NCBI GenBank assembly: GCA_046290465.1
Contig: JBKAGP010000001.1
Location: 3,872,001-3,936,000, forward strand
Length of the DNA stretch: 64,000 nucleotides
Reading direction: 5' to 3'
Source of the DNA: Planctomycetota bacterium
GTDB lineage: Bacteria; Planctomycetota; UBA1135; UBA2386
Shown one piece after another: positions 10,587-19,971 of the stretch (position 1 is the first letter of the stretch; each line of letters opens with the position of its first letter). The position numbers and the translations under genes are program-made. The notes under the pieces are model-generated. The model was not told the origin of the DNA. It did not search any database and was given only the letters and a program-made list of their open reading frames with translations.

Positions 10587-11415
10587 CGTCGCAGCGCCCG
10601 CGCCGCGGCGCGTCGAAGCCGTCGACGACCGCGTTGTAGCGCGGACGCACGTCGACCCGCCCATCGCCAGAGCCCTGCGCGAGCAACGCGTCGACGACGT
10701 CGTCGAACACCGGGAACGCGGTCATCAGCCGCCTTCCTGCGGCGGTCGTGCGGTACCAGTAGACGAGCAGCGTCGACGGTGCCCGCCGTTGTCGATCGGG
10801 GAACGCGACCAGCTCCGAGTGCAGCTCGACCAGCCGCCGGTCGGCCAGCCGCACCCGCTCGCTGACGCGGGTGACCGCCAGCCCAGCGTAGTCGTAGTCC
10901 AGCACCGACGCGGCGACGCCGCCACGCTCGCGCGCGAGCCGGCGCAGCTGCCGCGGCTCGTCGCTCCACGCGATGCGCGCCAGGAACCAGGTGACGTTGT
11001 GCAGCAGCGAGCCGTCGCGCGGCATCGGGCGCAGCGCATCGCGCAGGCCGAGTCCGCGTTCGATCGCCGGCCGCACCCAGCGATCGCGTTTGCGCCCGTA
11101 CGGCGTCTCGATCGTGCTCAGCAGGTAGCCGTAGGTGTGCAGCAGACCGGCGTGGCACGCGCGCGTCGGCATCGGTTGCCGCGCCAGCAACGCGATCGCC
11201 CGCAGCACGCCGGGCTCGACGATCCGGCAGCGGGCGTTCTCGTCGAAGTTGCGGCTGATCCCCCACGGCGCCAGCACCCACGGATGTGCCCGGACCGACA
11301 ACAGCCCGTCGGCCAGCGCCGGCAGCTGCGACCGCAGGACCTCGGCGCCGGCCGCGCCCTTCGCCGCGGCGGTGACGCGCGCCGCGAGCGTGTCCCAATC
11401 GATGCCGCCCGTCAT
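10567..11415 (-). CDS. Conserved hypothetical protein
   Basis: GC3-biased ORF with a conserved-looking HAGLLHTYGYLLSTIETPYGRKRDRW segment; TATCGT 7 nt upstream of ATG 11415. Confidence 0.7.
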   Translation of the reverse strand: MTGGIDWDTLAARVTAAAKGAAGAEVLRSQLPALADGLLSVRAHPWVLAPWGISRNFDENARCRIVEPGVLRAIALLARQPMPTRACHAGLLHTYGYLLSTIETPYGRKRDRWVRPAIERGLGLRDALRPMPRDGSLLHNVTWFLARIAWSDEPRQLRRLARERGGVAASVLDYDYAGLAVTRVSERVRLADRRLVELHSELVAFPDRQRRAPSTLLVYWYRTTAAGRRLMTAFPVFDDVVDALLAQGSGDGRVDVRPRYNAVVDGFDAPRRGRCDVTTRTA

Positions 11416-11531
11416 CGCGGCGACGATACCCAACGGTCCGAGGTCGCGCGCCGGCTTCTGCCGCCAGAACGCATCGGGGCATCCGGCCGCCGCGCGACCA
11501 GCGGGTCACGCGTGGGGTCGGATGCGCGCCC

Positions 11532-13349
11532 ATGCGTGCCGCTCGCCTGCTCCTGTTCCCCGCGATCGCGTGGTCCGCCATCGCACCGGCGGCGCTGCGT
11601 GCGCAGCTGCCGGAGCTGATCGAGACGCACTGCGCCGACTGCCACAGCGGCGACGATCCGGCCGGCAACGTCGACCTCGACGCGGTGTTCGCGCCCGATG
11701 CCCGTCGCGCCGCGGACTTCGGCCGGCACCTCGAGGCGATGGCGCGCCGCGTGCGCGCCCGCACGATGCCGCCGCCGGCCGACGTCGAGCCGCTCGCCGC
11801 CGACCAGCGACGCGCGCTGGTGACGCTGCTCGCGGACCTGGCGCCGCGCGTGTCCGGAGCGCGCGTCGCGACGATGCGCCGCCTGACCCGCCGCCAGTAC
11901 GAACACACGGTGCAGGCGCTGTTCGGCCTGCGGTGGCAGGCGCGCGACCTGCTGCCCGACGACGCGACCGCGCACGGCTTCGAGGGCATCGGGGACGTGC
12001 AGAACGTGTCGCCGCTGATGTTCGAGAAGTACCTCGATGCGGCCACCGACGTCGCGGCCCGGGTCTGCGGCGACGCCGGCGCGATCGCCGAGCTGTTCGG
12101 GGAACGGGACCTCGAGCACGCGCTGCGCGACCTGCTCGGCCGCGCCTACCGGCGGCCGGCCACCGACGAGGAGGTCGCCGAACTCGCCGCCGACCATCTG
12201 GCGCTGCGCGAACGCGGCAAGGGCGAGGCCGACGCGCGGCAGGCGCTGCTGCGCGCGGTGCTGGCGTCACCGAGCTTCCTGTTCCGCGCCGAGCGTGGCC
12301 GCGACGAGCAGCCCTGGCGGCTGCGTCCGCACGAACTGGCGGTGCGGTTGTCGTACATGCTGGTCTCGGGCCCGCCCGACCGTGAGCTGCGCGCCGCCGC
12401 CGACGACGGCAGCCTGCTGCGCCCCGAGGTGCTGCGCGAGCACGCGCGGCGGCTCGCCCGCAGCGACGACGGGCACGCGCTGGCCGGCGACTTCGCGACC
12501 CAGTGGCTGTCGCTGCGCGACGTGCTCGACGCCAACGCCGACTTCCGGCGCTTTCGCGACATCTGGAACCGTTCGCTGCGGCCGTCGATGCGGGACGAGG
12601 TCGTGCAGGCGTTTGCGTATCTGGTGCGTGAGGACCGCAGCGTGCTCGAGCTGATCGACGCCGACTACACGTTCGTCAACGCGACGCTGGCGAAGCACTA
12701 CGGCATCCCCGACGTCGAGGGTCGCGAGTTCCGCCGCGTAGAGCTGGCCGATCGTCGCCGCGGCGGCGTGCTCGGCGCCGGCGCGATGCTGATGGCGACG
12801 TCGTATCCGCTGCGCACGAGCCCGGTGAAGCGCGGCCAGTGGATCCTGACCCGGCTACTGGACTCGCCACCGCCCCCGCCGCCGCCCGACGCCGGCACGC
12901 TGCCGCGCGACGACAAGAACGCGCGTGGCCGCACGCTCCGCGAACAGCTCGAACACCATCGCCGACGCTCGAGCTGTGCTGCGTGCCACGTCGAGATGGA
13001 CGCGCTCGGGTTTGCGCTCGAGAACTACGATGCGCTGGGACGCTGGCGCGACCAGGACGTCAACGGCAAGCCGATCGACTGCGCGGCCGAACTGCCCGAC
13101 GGCACCCGGCTGGACGGACCGGTCGCGCTGCGCGACGCGCTGCTGGCGCGCGCCGACGACTTCGTGCGGGCGTTCGCCAAGAACCTGCTCGTGCACGGCG
13201 TGGGCCGCGACATGCTGCTGCACGACGAAGCCGAGCTGCAGCGCATCGTCGCGCACACGCGCGCCAACGGCGACCGCTTCTCGGCGCTGCTCGACGCGGT
13301 CGTCACCTCTCCCCTGTTCGTGCTCCGCGACCCCGACCACACCCCATGA
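11532..13349 (+). CDS. Planctomycete cytochrome c / DUF1587-1592-1588-1585 domain protein
   Basis: HCADCHS and SCAACHV heme motifs, MRRLTRRQY, RTSPVKRGQWIL, LGFALENYDALGRWR. Confidence 0.9.
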   Translation: MRAARLLLFPAIAWSAIAPAALRAQLPELIETHCADCHSGDDPAGNVDLDAVFAPDARRAADFGRHLEAMARRVRARTMPPPADVEPLAADQRRALVTLLADLAPRVSGARVATMRRLTRRQYEHTVQALFGLRWQARDLLPDDATAHGFEGIGDVQNVSPLMFEKYLDAATDVAARVCGDAGAIAELFGERDLEHALRDLLGRAYRRPATDEEVAELAADHLALRERGKGEADARQALLRAVLASPSFLFRAERGRDEQPWRLRPHELAVRLSYMLVSGPPDRELRAAADDGSLLRPEVLREHARRLARSDDGHALAGDFATQWLSLRDVLDANADFRRFRDIWNRSLRPSMRDEVVQAFAYLVREDRSVLELIDADYTFVNATLAKHYGIPDVEGREFRRVELADRRRGGVLGAGAMLMATSYPLRTSPVKRGQWILTRLLDSPPPPPPPDAGTLPRDDKNARGRTLREQLEHHRRRSSCAACHVEMDALGFALENYDALGRWRDQDVNGKPIDCAAELPDGTRLDGPVALRDALLARADDFVRAFAKNLLVHGVGRDMLLHDEAELQRIVAHTRANGDRFSALLDAVVTSPLFVLRDPDHTP

Positions 13350-14656
13350 CCGTTCCGTTCCTCGGCAGGCGCGCGTTCCTTCGCGGCGCCGGCGTCACCG
13401 TTGCGCTGCCGTGGCTCGAGTCGCTGGCGGCCAGGCTGCCCGGGCCGCGCCGCGCGCCGCCACATCGCCTGTGCGTGCTGGTCACGCCCAACGGCATGCT
13501 GCCGTCGGCCTGGCACCCGACGCCGGCCGCCGAAGGCGAGGCGCGCGACGCGTCGCTGCCGGCGTGGATGCCGTCGTTCACGCTGGCGCCGCTGCAGCGC
13601 CACGCGCAGCGGCTCGGAGTCTTCACCAACCTCGCCAACCGCGGCAGCTTCTCCGGCGACGGCCACTACGCGAAGGTCGCGCCGCTGTTGACGGGCAAGA
13701 AGATCCGTCGCACCGGTGGGCGCGATCTGTGGAACGGCGTCTCGGTCGACCAGGTCGCGGCGCAACATCTCGGCGCGGCCACGCTGCTGCCGTCGATGGA
13801 GCTCGGCTGCGATCCGATCTACCCGGTCGAGGACATGGGCTACTCGACGGTCTACGGCGGCCACATCGCGTGGAGCGCGCCGGATCGGCCGGTGTTGAAG
13901 GAGATCGTGCCGCGGCAGGCGTTCGACCGGATGTTCCGCAGCCGACGGCTGGCCGTCGACGACACCCGCGGCAGCGTGCTCGACGCGGTGCGCCGCGACA
14001 GCAAGCGGCTGCGCGCGCAGCTGTCCGGCGCCGACGCGCGCAAGCTCGAAGAATACGAGGACGCGGTCCGTTCGCTCGAGCGGCGCATCGAACACGCGGC
14101 CTCGGTCGCCGACGTCGATGCGCTCGATCGCGCCAAGGCGCCCGAGGCGGGCAGACCGAAGGACTACCCGACGCACGTCGAACTGATGCTCGACCTGATC
14201 GCGCTGGCGTTCCGCAGCGACGCGACGCGGATCGTGACGTTCTTGATGGCCAACGAGGTCTCCGGCCGCCGCTTCGACTGGATCGAAGGCTGCGGCGGCA
14301 ACTTCCACGAGTATTCGCACCACCAGGGCAAGGCCGAGAAGCAGGAGCCCTACCGCAAGATCAACCGTTGGCACGTCGAGCGCTTCGCCGGCCTGCTCGA
14401 CCGGCTGCGCGCGATCGAGGAAGGCGACGGCGACGTTCTCGACAACGCGACGATCGTGCTCGCCGCCGCGATGAGCGACGGCAACGCGCACTCGCCGCAC
14501 GACCTGCCGATCGTCGTCGCCGGCGGCGGCGTGCCCACCGGCCGCATCGTCTCCCCCAAGGACACCCCGCTCTGCCGCCTCTGGCTGACCGCGCTGCGAC
14601 GGCTCGGCCTCGCCACCAAGACGTTCGGCGACGCCACCACCCCCCTGTTCGCCTGA
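13346..14656 (+). CDS. DUF1552 family protein (Tat)
   Basis: GRRAFLRGAGVTVALPWLESL, FHEYSHH, SDGNAHSPHDLP; ATGA overlap with the upstream gene. Confidence 0.9.
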   Translation: MTVPFLGRRAFLRGAGVTVALPWLESLAARLPGPRRAPPHRLCVLVTPNGMLPSAWHPTPAAEGEARDASLPAWMPSFTLAPLQRHAQRLGVFTNLANRGSFSGDGHYAKVAPLLTGKKIRRTGGRDLWNGVSVDQVAAQHLGAATLLPSMELGCDPIYPVEDMGYSTVYGGHIAWSAPDRPVLKEIVPRQAFDRMFRSRRLAVDDTRGSVLDAVRRDSKRLRAQLSGADARKLEEYEDAVRSLERRIEHAASVADVDALDRAKAPEAGRPKDYPTHVELMLDLIALAFRSDATRIVTFLMANEVSGRRFDWIEGCGGNFHEYSHHQGKAEKQEPYRKINRWHVERFAGLLDRLRAIEEGDGDVLDNATIVLAAAMSDGNAHSPHDLPIVVAGGGVPTGRIVSPKDTPLCRLWLTALRRLGLATKTFGDATTPLFA

Positions 14657-14678
14657 ACCAGGCGGACCACGACCGTTC

Positions 14679-14735
14679 GCCCTCCCGTCCGAAAGGTCTG
14701 CTCCCGGAACGGACCTTACGGACCGATCGGAGGGC
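14679..14735. repeat. Long imperfect inverted repeat (REP-like hairpin)
   Basis: Arms GCCCTCC/GGAGGGC, GTCCG/CGGAC and AAGGTC/GACCTT in the intergenic space. Confidence 0.55.
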
Positions 14736-14755
14736 TGGGGGCTTAGGATCGGGGG

Positions 14756-16282
14756 ATGCGTTGGCAACGGTGTGTCTTGGGGATGATGGTGGCCGGGGCG
14801 GTCGGGGCTCAGCAGGTGGTCGGGGCCAAGCGGGGGGTCGGGTCGCTGCCTCGGGTCGCCGAGAAGGTGCTGGTGGTCGGGAACGGGCAGACGTCCGACG
14901 CGATGCGGACGGCCTTCCTGCACCTGTGCGGTCGCCGCGACGCGCGCATCGTCGTCGTCTGGAGCAAGCGGCGCGCGACGACGAAGCCGTGGCTCGAACT
15001 CGGCGCGCGGGAGGTGGTGGCGGTCGGCGGTCGCAAGCAGGGCGGCCAGCAGCTCACCGACGCGATGCTCGATGCCGACGGGATCTGGCTGGAGGACGCC
15101 GGCCTGCCGCAGAACGACCGCGACCTGTTCACGCGGCTCGTGCACAACGTACTCGCCCGCGGCGGCGCGGTCGGCGGGCCCGGCGTCGAGGCAACGGGGC
15201 CGCTCGGACTGCTGCACCACTGCACGATCGAACGGCTCGGCAAGGCGTCCGCCCGTCCCCGACAACGCCTCGAGCCGGGCAGCGGCGAGGTCCACCTGAC
15301 GATCCCGCCCGACACCGCGCTGGTCGTGCACGACGGTCGCCGCGCCGGCGCGATCGGCACGTCGCCGATCCTGGTGCGGGTCGCGGCCAACGGCGACTGG
15401 CCGGCGCGCGAACGCTCGATCGAGCCGCAGGACGCGTTCACGTTCGGCGGCGACCTGCCGTACGACCTCGACCTGCTCGCCTGGATGCGCTCGGCGCGCG
15501 ATCGCCAGGGCCCCCTCCATCCGTCGGCCAGGCGGGCCACCCCGAAGGTGCGCAAGGGCACACTGGTCCTCAGCGGCGGCGGCGGCGTGCAGTCGCCGAC
15601 CTGGCGTCGCTTCGTCGACGGTGCCGGCGGCAAGGACGCGCGCATCGTCTGCATCCCGAGCGCATCGACCGCGGACGACGAGCCACAGCCGCGCTCCTAC
15701 AGCGCCCGCCAGCTCGCCAACCACGGCTGCACCGACGTCGTCGTGCTGCACACCGACGACCCGCGCCGCGCCGACCACCGCGCGCTGCTGCAGCTGCTCG
15801 ACGGGGCGACCGGCGTCTGGATCGACGGCGGCCGCACCTACCAGCTGATGGACGCGATCGAACACACCGCCGTACACCGCCGGATCCGCGAGATCCTGCA
15901 GCAGGGCGGCGCCGTCGGCGGCAGCTCGGCCGGCTGCCAGGTGCTCGGCGACTTCCTGGTGCGCGGCAACCCACGCACCAACAAGGACCTGGCCTTCGAC
16001 GGCTACACGCGCGCGCTCGGGCTGCTGCCCGGGGTGGTGCTCGACGCGCACTTCCGCGACCGCGACCGCCAGCGCCCGTTCGCCGAACTGGTGCGATCGA
16101 TGCCGCAGCTGCTCGGCATCGGGGTCGACGCGGACACGGCGCTCGTGGTCACCGGCACCACCGCCGAAGTCCTGGGCAAACAAGGGGTCACGTTCGTCGA
16201 CGCAGAAGGCGACGAGCCCGTCGAGGTGCTGGTGGAGGCCGGCGGCCGCTACGACCTGGCGAAGCGGCGCGCGTTGCGCTGA
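14756..16282 (+). CDS. Exported cyanophycinase-like (peptidase S51) protein with a degenerate N-terminal duplicate domain
   Basis: C-terminal domain has LVLSGGG, CIPSAS, ATGVWIDGG, VGGSSAG (nucleophile Ser) and LDAHF; the N-terminal copy has ADGIWL and GGAVGGPG without the Ser. Confidence 0.85.
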   Translation: MRWQRCVLGMMVAGAVGAQQVVGAKRGVGSLPRVAEKVLVVGNGQTSDAMRTAFLHLCGRRDARIVVVWSKRRATTKPWLELGAREVVAVGGRKQGGQQLTDAMLDADGIWLEDAGLPQNDRDLFTRLVHNVLARGGAVGGPGVEATGPLGLLHHCTIERLGKASARPRQRLEPGSGEVHLTIPPDTALVVHDGRRAGAIGTSPILVRVAANGDWPARERSIEPQDAFTFGGDLPYDLDLLAWMRSARDRQGPLHPSARRATPKVRKGTLVLSGGGGVQSPTWRRFVDGAGGKDARIVCIPSASTADDEPQPRSYSARQLANHGCTDVVVLHTDDPRRADHRALLQLLDGATGVWIDGGRTYQLMDAIEHTAVHRRIREILQQGGAVGGSSAGCQVLGDFLVRGNPRTNKDLAFDGYTRALGLLPGVVLDAHFRDRDRQRPFAELVRSMPQLLGIGVDADTALVVTGTTAEVLGKQGVTFVDAEGDEPVEVLVEAGGRYDLAKRRALR

Positions 16283-16318
16283 CGCGAACGCCCGCGAAAA
16301 AAGTCGCGCGTTCGTGTC
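16281..16318. terminator. Possible stem-loop after the cyanophycinase-like gene
   Basis: GACGCGAACG..CGCGA-loop-TCGCG-CGTTCGTGTC pairing; no U-tract. Confidence 0.3.
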
Positions 16319-16426
16319 CGGAGCGCGCCGCAGATGACGTTCGGGGAGACGTCTCGCCGCCTCGCTAGACGAGTCCGGCTCCCCTCGTTATCTCTCTAGA
16401 CCCGCCGCGCCCCGCGGAGAGTCACC

Positions 16427-16972
16427 TTGGTCTCGGACCGCGATATCCCCTTCGGGGACGGGCCGCACGCAGGCCCGCCGCTCGACCAGCTGTTCCCGCT
16501 CGTGCTCAAGGAGCTCAAGCGGCAGGCGGAGGTGCACATGCGCGCCCAGTCGCCGAGCCACACGCTGCAGCCGACCGCACTGGTCAACGAGGTCTACCTG
16601 CGGCTGGCCAAGCGCGACGCCCGCTGGAACGACCGCCAGCACTTCATGCGCCTCGCCGGCCGCGTCATGCGTCAGGTGGTCATCGACCACGCCCGTCTGC
16701 GACAGGCGCTCAAGCGCCGCACCCCGACCGAGCGCGTGCTGCTCGACGACCTCGTCGATGCCTACGAACGGCGCGCCATCGAGCTGCTGGACCTCGACGC
16801 GGCGCTGCAGGACCTGGCCCACAAGCACCCCCATCTGGTCGACATCGTCGAGATGCGCTTCTTCGCCGGCCGCCCGCTCAACGAGATCGCCGAGCTGCTG
16901 CAGGTCTGCGACAAGACGATCGAACGGCGCTGGAAGGCCACCAAGACCATCCTGCGCGAGCGCCTCGAGTAA
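16427..16972 (+). CDS. ECF sigma factor of the kinase-associated type (TIGR02999/ECF43-like)
   Basis: HTLQPTALVNEVYLRL, VVIDHAR, IVEMRFFAG...EIAELL...TIERRW; TTG start with GGAGA RBS; a Ser/Thr kinase follows after 3 nt. Confidence 0.9.
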   Translation: MVSDRDIPFGDGPHAGPPLDQLFPLVLKELKRQAEVHMRAQSPSHTLQPTALVNEVYLRLAKRDARWNDRQHFMRLAGRVMRQVVIDHARLRQALKRRTPTERVLLDDLVDAYERRAIELLDLDAALQDLAHKHPHLVDIVEMRFFAGRPLNEIAELLQVCDKTIERRWKATKTILRERLE

Positions 16973-16975
16973 GCC

Positions 16976-18574
16976 ATGGTCGATCCACGCAAGGAACGCG
17001 CGCAGGACATCTACCTGCAGGCGATCGAGCTCGACGGCGCCGAGCGGGACGCGTTCGTGCGCGATGCGTGCCAGGGCGACGAGGGGCTGCTGGTCGAGGT
17101 GCGGCGCCTGCTCGACGCCGAGGACGACGTCGAAAGCAAGTTCCTCGAGCCGCCGAGCATCCCCGAGAGCACCGAGCCGAAGCCGCCGCCGCGCCTCGGC
17201 GAGTTCGTGCTGATCGCCGAGATCGGCCGCGGCGGCATGGGGGTGGTCTACGAGGCGCGCCAGGTCGGCCTCGATCGGCGCGTCGCGGTCAAGTTGATCT
17301 CGCGCTCGCTGACCACGAGCGAACACGACGTGCTGCGCTTCCACCGCGAGGCGCGCAACATGGCGAAGCTGCAGCACCCCGGCATCGTCCAGGTCTACAC
17401 CGACGGCGCGGCCGAGCAGTTCCACTACTTCGCGATGGAGCTGGTCGACGGCCACGACCTCGCCTACGAACTGCGCCTGCAGCGCTCGAGCCGCGCCGAC
17501 GACGGCGACCTGCTGCTGCCGCCCCGCGACGACGCCACCTTCGTGCCGGCTGCCGCGCGGCTGGTGCGCGACGCCGCGCTGGCGCTGCAGTTCGCCCACC
17601 AGAACGGGATCGTGCATCGCGACATCAAGCCGCACAACGTGCTGATCGGCCGCGACGGTCGCACGCGCGTCGCCGACTTCGGCCTGGCCCGCGACGAGAA
17701 CCTCGGCAGCGCCAGCGTCACCGGGGAAGGGGCCGGCACGCCGCACTACATGAGCCCGGAGCAGACCCGCGCCGCGACCCGCGTCGACTTCCGCACCGAC
17801 GTCTACTCGCTCGGCGTCGTGCTCTACGAACTGCTGACCTTCAAGCGGCCGTTCGACGGCACGACCAGCGCCGACGTGCAGCGCGCGATCCGCGTCGAGG
17901 ATCCGGTGCCGGTGCGCCGCCGCAGCCAGAGCGTGCCGCTCGACCTCGAGACCATCTGCCACCAGGCGATGGCGCGCGAGGCGGGCGACCGCTACCAGAC
18001 CGCGCAGCAACTCGCCGACGACCTCGACCGCTTCCTCGCTCACGAGGCAATCGTGGCACGACCGCCGGGGCTGGCCGCGCGCGCGCAAGGCGCTGCGCCG
18101 GCACCGCGTCGCGGTGATACTGGTCGCGGCGATGCTGGCGACGACGATCGTGGTCTGGACCGCGTTCGCGGCCAACCAGCGCACGCAATGGCTGCGCGAG
18201 CAGCGCGCGCCGATCGAGGCGCTGCTCGAGGCGCCGCCCTGGACGCCCGACCGGATCGAAGAGCTGATCGTCGCGCGACGCCACGCCGCCGCGCTGCGCG
18301 AAGACGGGGACCGGACCAGCCTGGCCCTGCTCCGGCAGTTCGATCCCCGCCTGGCGGCCGCGCACGAAGCGTGGCAGCAGGACGGCAACCGGATGCTGGT
18401 CGAGGCGATGGTTGGCAACCCGGGGGCGAACGCGATCGCCATCGACGACGCCAAGGCAATCCAGGCAATCCTGCTGCTGATCGATCTCGGGCGCCTGTTT
18501 CCCGAGGACCAGAGTCTGCAGGACCGCGACCTGACCCTTGCCTTTTGGCCGCGCGTCGCCGTGCGCGCACGTGA
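16976..18574 (+). CDS. Hanks-type Ser/Thr kinase; 5' part of a frameshifted kinase-TM-FGE/SUMF1 gene (16976..19514)
   Basis: IGRGGMGVVY, VAVK, HRDIKPHN, DFGLA, GTPHYMSPEQ, DVYSLG; the frame degenerates after about 18086. Confidence 0.9.
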   Translation: MVDPRKERAQDIYLQAIELDGAERDAFVRDACQGDEGLLVEVRRLLDAEDDVESKFLEPPSIPESTEPKPPPRLGEFVLIAEIGRGGMGVVYEARQVGLDRRVAVKLISRSLTTSEHDVLRFHREARNMAKLQHPGIVQVYTDGAAEQFHYFAMELVDGHDLAYELRLQRSSRADDGDLLLPPRDDATFVPAAARLVRDAALALQFAHQNGIVHRDIKPHNVLIGRDGRTRVADFGLARDENLGSASVTGEGAGTPHYMSPEQTRAATRVDFRTDVYSLGVVLYELLTFKRPFDGTTSADVQRAIRVEDPVPVRRRSQSVPLDLETICHQAMAREAGDRYQTAQQLADDLDRFLAHEAIVARPPGLAARAQGAAPAPRRGDTGRGDAGDDDRGLDRVRGQPAHAMAARAARADRGAARGAALDARPDRRADRRATPRRRAARRRGPDQPGPAPAVRSPPGGRARSVAAGRQPDAGRGDGWQPGGERDRHRRRQGNPGNPAADRSRAPVSRGPESAGPRPDPCLLAARRRART

Positions 18575-19514
18575 CGAGGCCGGCCGGGCGCAGACCGGCC
18601 ACGCGTGGGCCGACCGGCTCGACGTGATGAGCGGCCAGCCGGTCGGACGCCTCGACCTCGGGCCGCTGCCGGTCTCGGACGCCGTCGTGCCCCCCGCCTA
18701 CTACCGCATCGTCGTCGCGATCGACGGCCACGGCTTTCGCGAGTGCGCGCGCAACCTGCGGCGCGGCAGCGGCACCAACCCGATCGAACTGGTCGTGCGC
18801 GACGGTCAGGGGTCCACCGACGGCATGGTCCAGATCGGCGGCGACACGCTGCGGATCCCGGCCGACGAGCCCTTGTGCACCAACTGCGAACGTCCCGTCG
18901 AGGTCGCCAGCTTCTGGCTCGACGAGTGCGAGGTGTCGATCGGTGAGTATCGGGCATTCCTCGCGGCGCACGACGTCAGCCGGCCGTGGGGTTGGGAGTT
19001 CGTGCCCGACGACGACGAGACCAACAGCAAGCCGGTCGCCTACGTCAGCTGGGAACACGCGCGGATGTATGCCGAGTGGGTCGGCAAACGCCTGCCGACG
19101 CACGCCGAGTGGGAGCTGGCCGCGCGCGGCAGCGCCGGCCGGTTCTTTCCGTGGCCGGGCAGCGAGCATCGCGGCGTCACCCGCGGCGGCATCCACACGG
19201 TGCGCAACGACAAGCAGGCCGACATCGTCTTCTACCTGAACGCGGTGCAGCCGGTCCGCAGCGTGCCGGATGCGCGCTCGGTCGATGGCGTCTACCACCT
19301 GTTCGGCAACGTGTCGGAGTGGACCGAGAGCATGGTCGCCGAGACGGTCGAGGGCGTGCTGAAGGTGCGCGACGATCGCCGCTGGGCGCTCGGCGGCGCG
19401 TGGGACATGGAGGCGCTGGGCGAGGACCTCCGCTGGCACGAGAACAAGGGCATGGACATCCACCACTCGTCCGTGCGCAGAGGATTCCGGTGCGCGCGCA
19501 GTGCGCGGCCTTGA
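18087..19514 (+). CDS. TM helix plus FGE-sulfatase (SUMF1, C-type lectin fold) domain; 3' part of the kinase gene
   Basis: KALRRHRVAVILVAAML (TM), FWLDECEVS, PVAYVSW..A..YAEWVGKRLPTHAEWELAARG, GNVSEW, GFRCAR. Confidence 0.85.
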   Translation, partial: KALRRHRVAVILVAAMLATTIVVWTAFAANQRTQWLREQRAPIEALLEAPPWTPDRIEELIVARRHAAALREDGDRTSLALLRQFDPRLAAAHEAWQQDGNRMLVEAMVGNPGANAIAIDDAKAIQAILLLIDLGRLFPEDQSLQDRDLTLAFWPRVAVRARDEAGRAQTGHAWADRLDVMSGQPVGRLDLGPLPVSDAVVPPAYYRIVVAIDGHGFRECARNLRRGSGTNPIELVVRDGQGSTDGMVQIGGDTLRIPADEPLCTNCERPVEVASFWLDECEVSIGEYRAFLAAHDVSRPWGWEFVPDDDETNSKPVAYVSWEHARMYAEWVGKRLPTHAEWELAARGSAGRFFPWPGSEHRGVTRGGIHTVRNDKQADIVFYLNAVQPVRSVPDARSVDGVYHLFGNVSEWTESMVAETVEGVLKVRDDRRWALGGAWDMEALGEDLRWHENKGMDIHHSSVRRGFRCARSARP

Positions 19515-19531
19515 TGGAGAAGGAGACCGAC

Positions 19532-19969
19532 ATGACCGACCTGAAGGACGTCCGCTTCGAGTTCGACATCGCCGTCATCGACGGCAGCCTCGACCAGCAG
19601 GGCGGCGTGACCGTTCCGTTCGAGTTGATCGCCGCGCTGCATGCCGAAGCGACCAACCACCAGGTCGACGATCTCGCCGCACAGGACGCGCCCGGCGAAC
19701 TGCAGCAGGCGCAGCTGTTCGCCGACAAGATCGTCGAGATCTGGAACGCGCTCGGCACGGCGACGGCCGGCTGGCAACTGTCCGACACGTTCGAGCCGAC
19801 CGGTGGTTCGCGACCGCCGTGGAAACGCGGCAGCGGCGCGATGTACTCGCTGCTCGAAGTCTCTCCGACCGACAACTCGACCAACGAACTGCTGCGCTTC
19901 GACAACGCCCCGGCGACGCCGCTGCAGCAGGTCACCGTCAAGTTCCTGCTCAGCCTGCAGTTCGTCTAG
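19532..19969 (+). CDS. Hypothetical protein (145 aa)
   Basis: AGGAG RBS at 19521-19525; GC3-biased ORF in the kinase operon. Confidence 0.7.
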   Translation: MTDLKDVRFEFDIAVIDGSLDQQGGVTVPFELIAALHAEATNHQVDDLAAQDAPGELQQAQLFADKIVEIWNALGTATAGWQLSDTFEPTGGSRPPWKRGSGAMYSLLEVSPTDNSTNELLRFDNAPATPLQQVTVKFLLSLQFV

Positions 19970-19971
19970 CC

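Noticed and set aside
12925..16368. Very long alternative ORFs (e.g. 12925..16368, 13025..16183, 38027..40912, 46889..49393)
   Set aside because: Arg/Ala/Pro-rich shadow or antisense frames of real genes, as expected in high-GC DNA.
18800..19514. DGR target, or the formylglycine-generating enzyme for the sulfatases
   Set aside because: No reverse transcriptase or template repeat seen; the catalytic Cys pair is absent and the domain belongs to a kinase.
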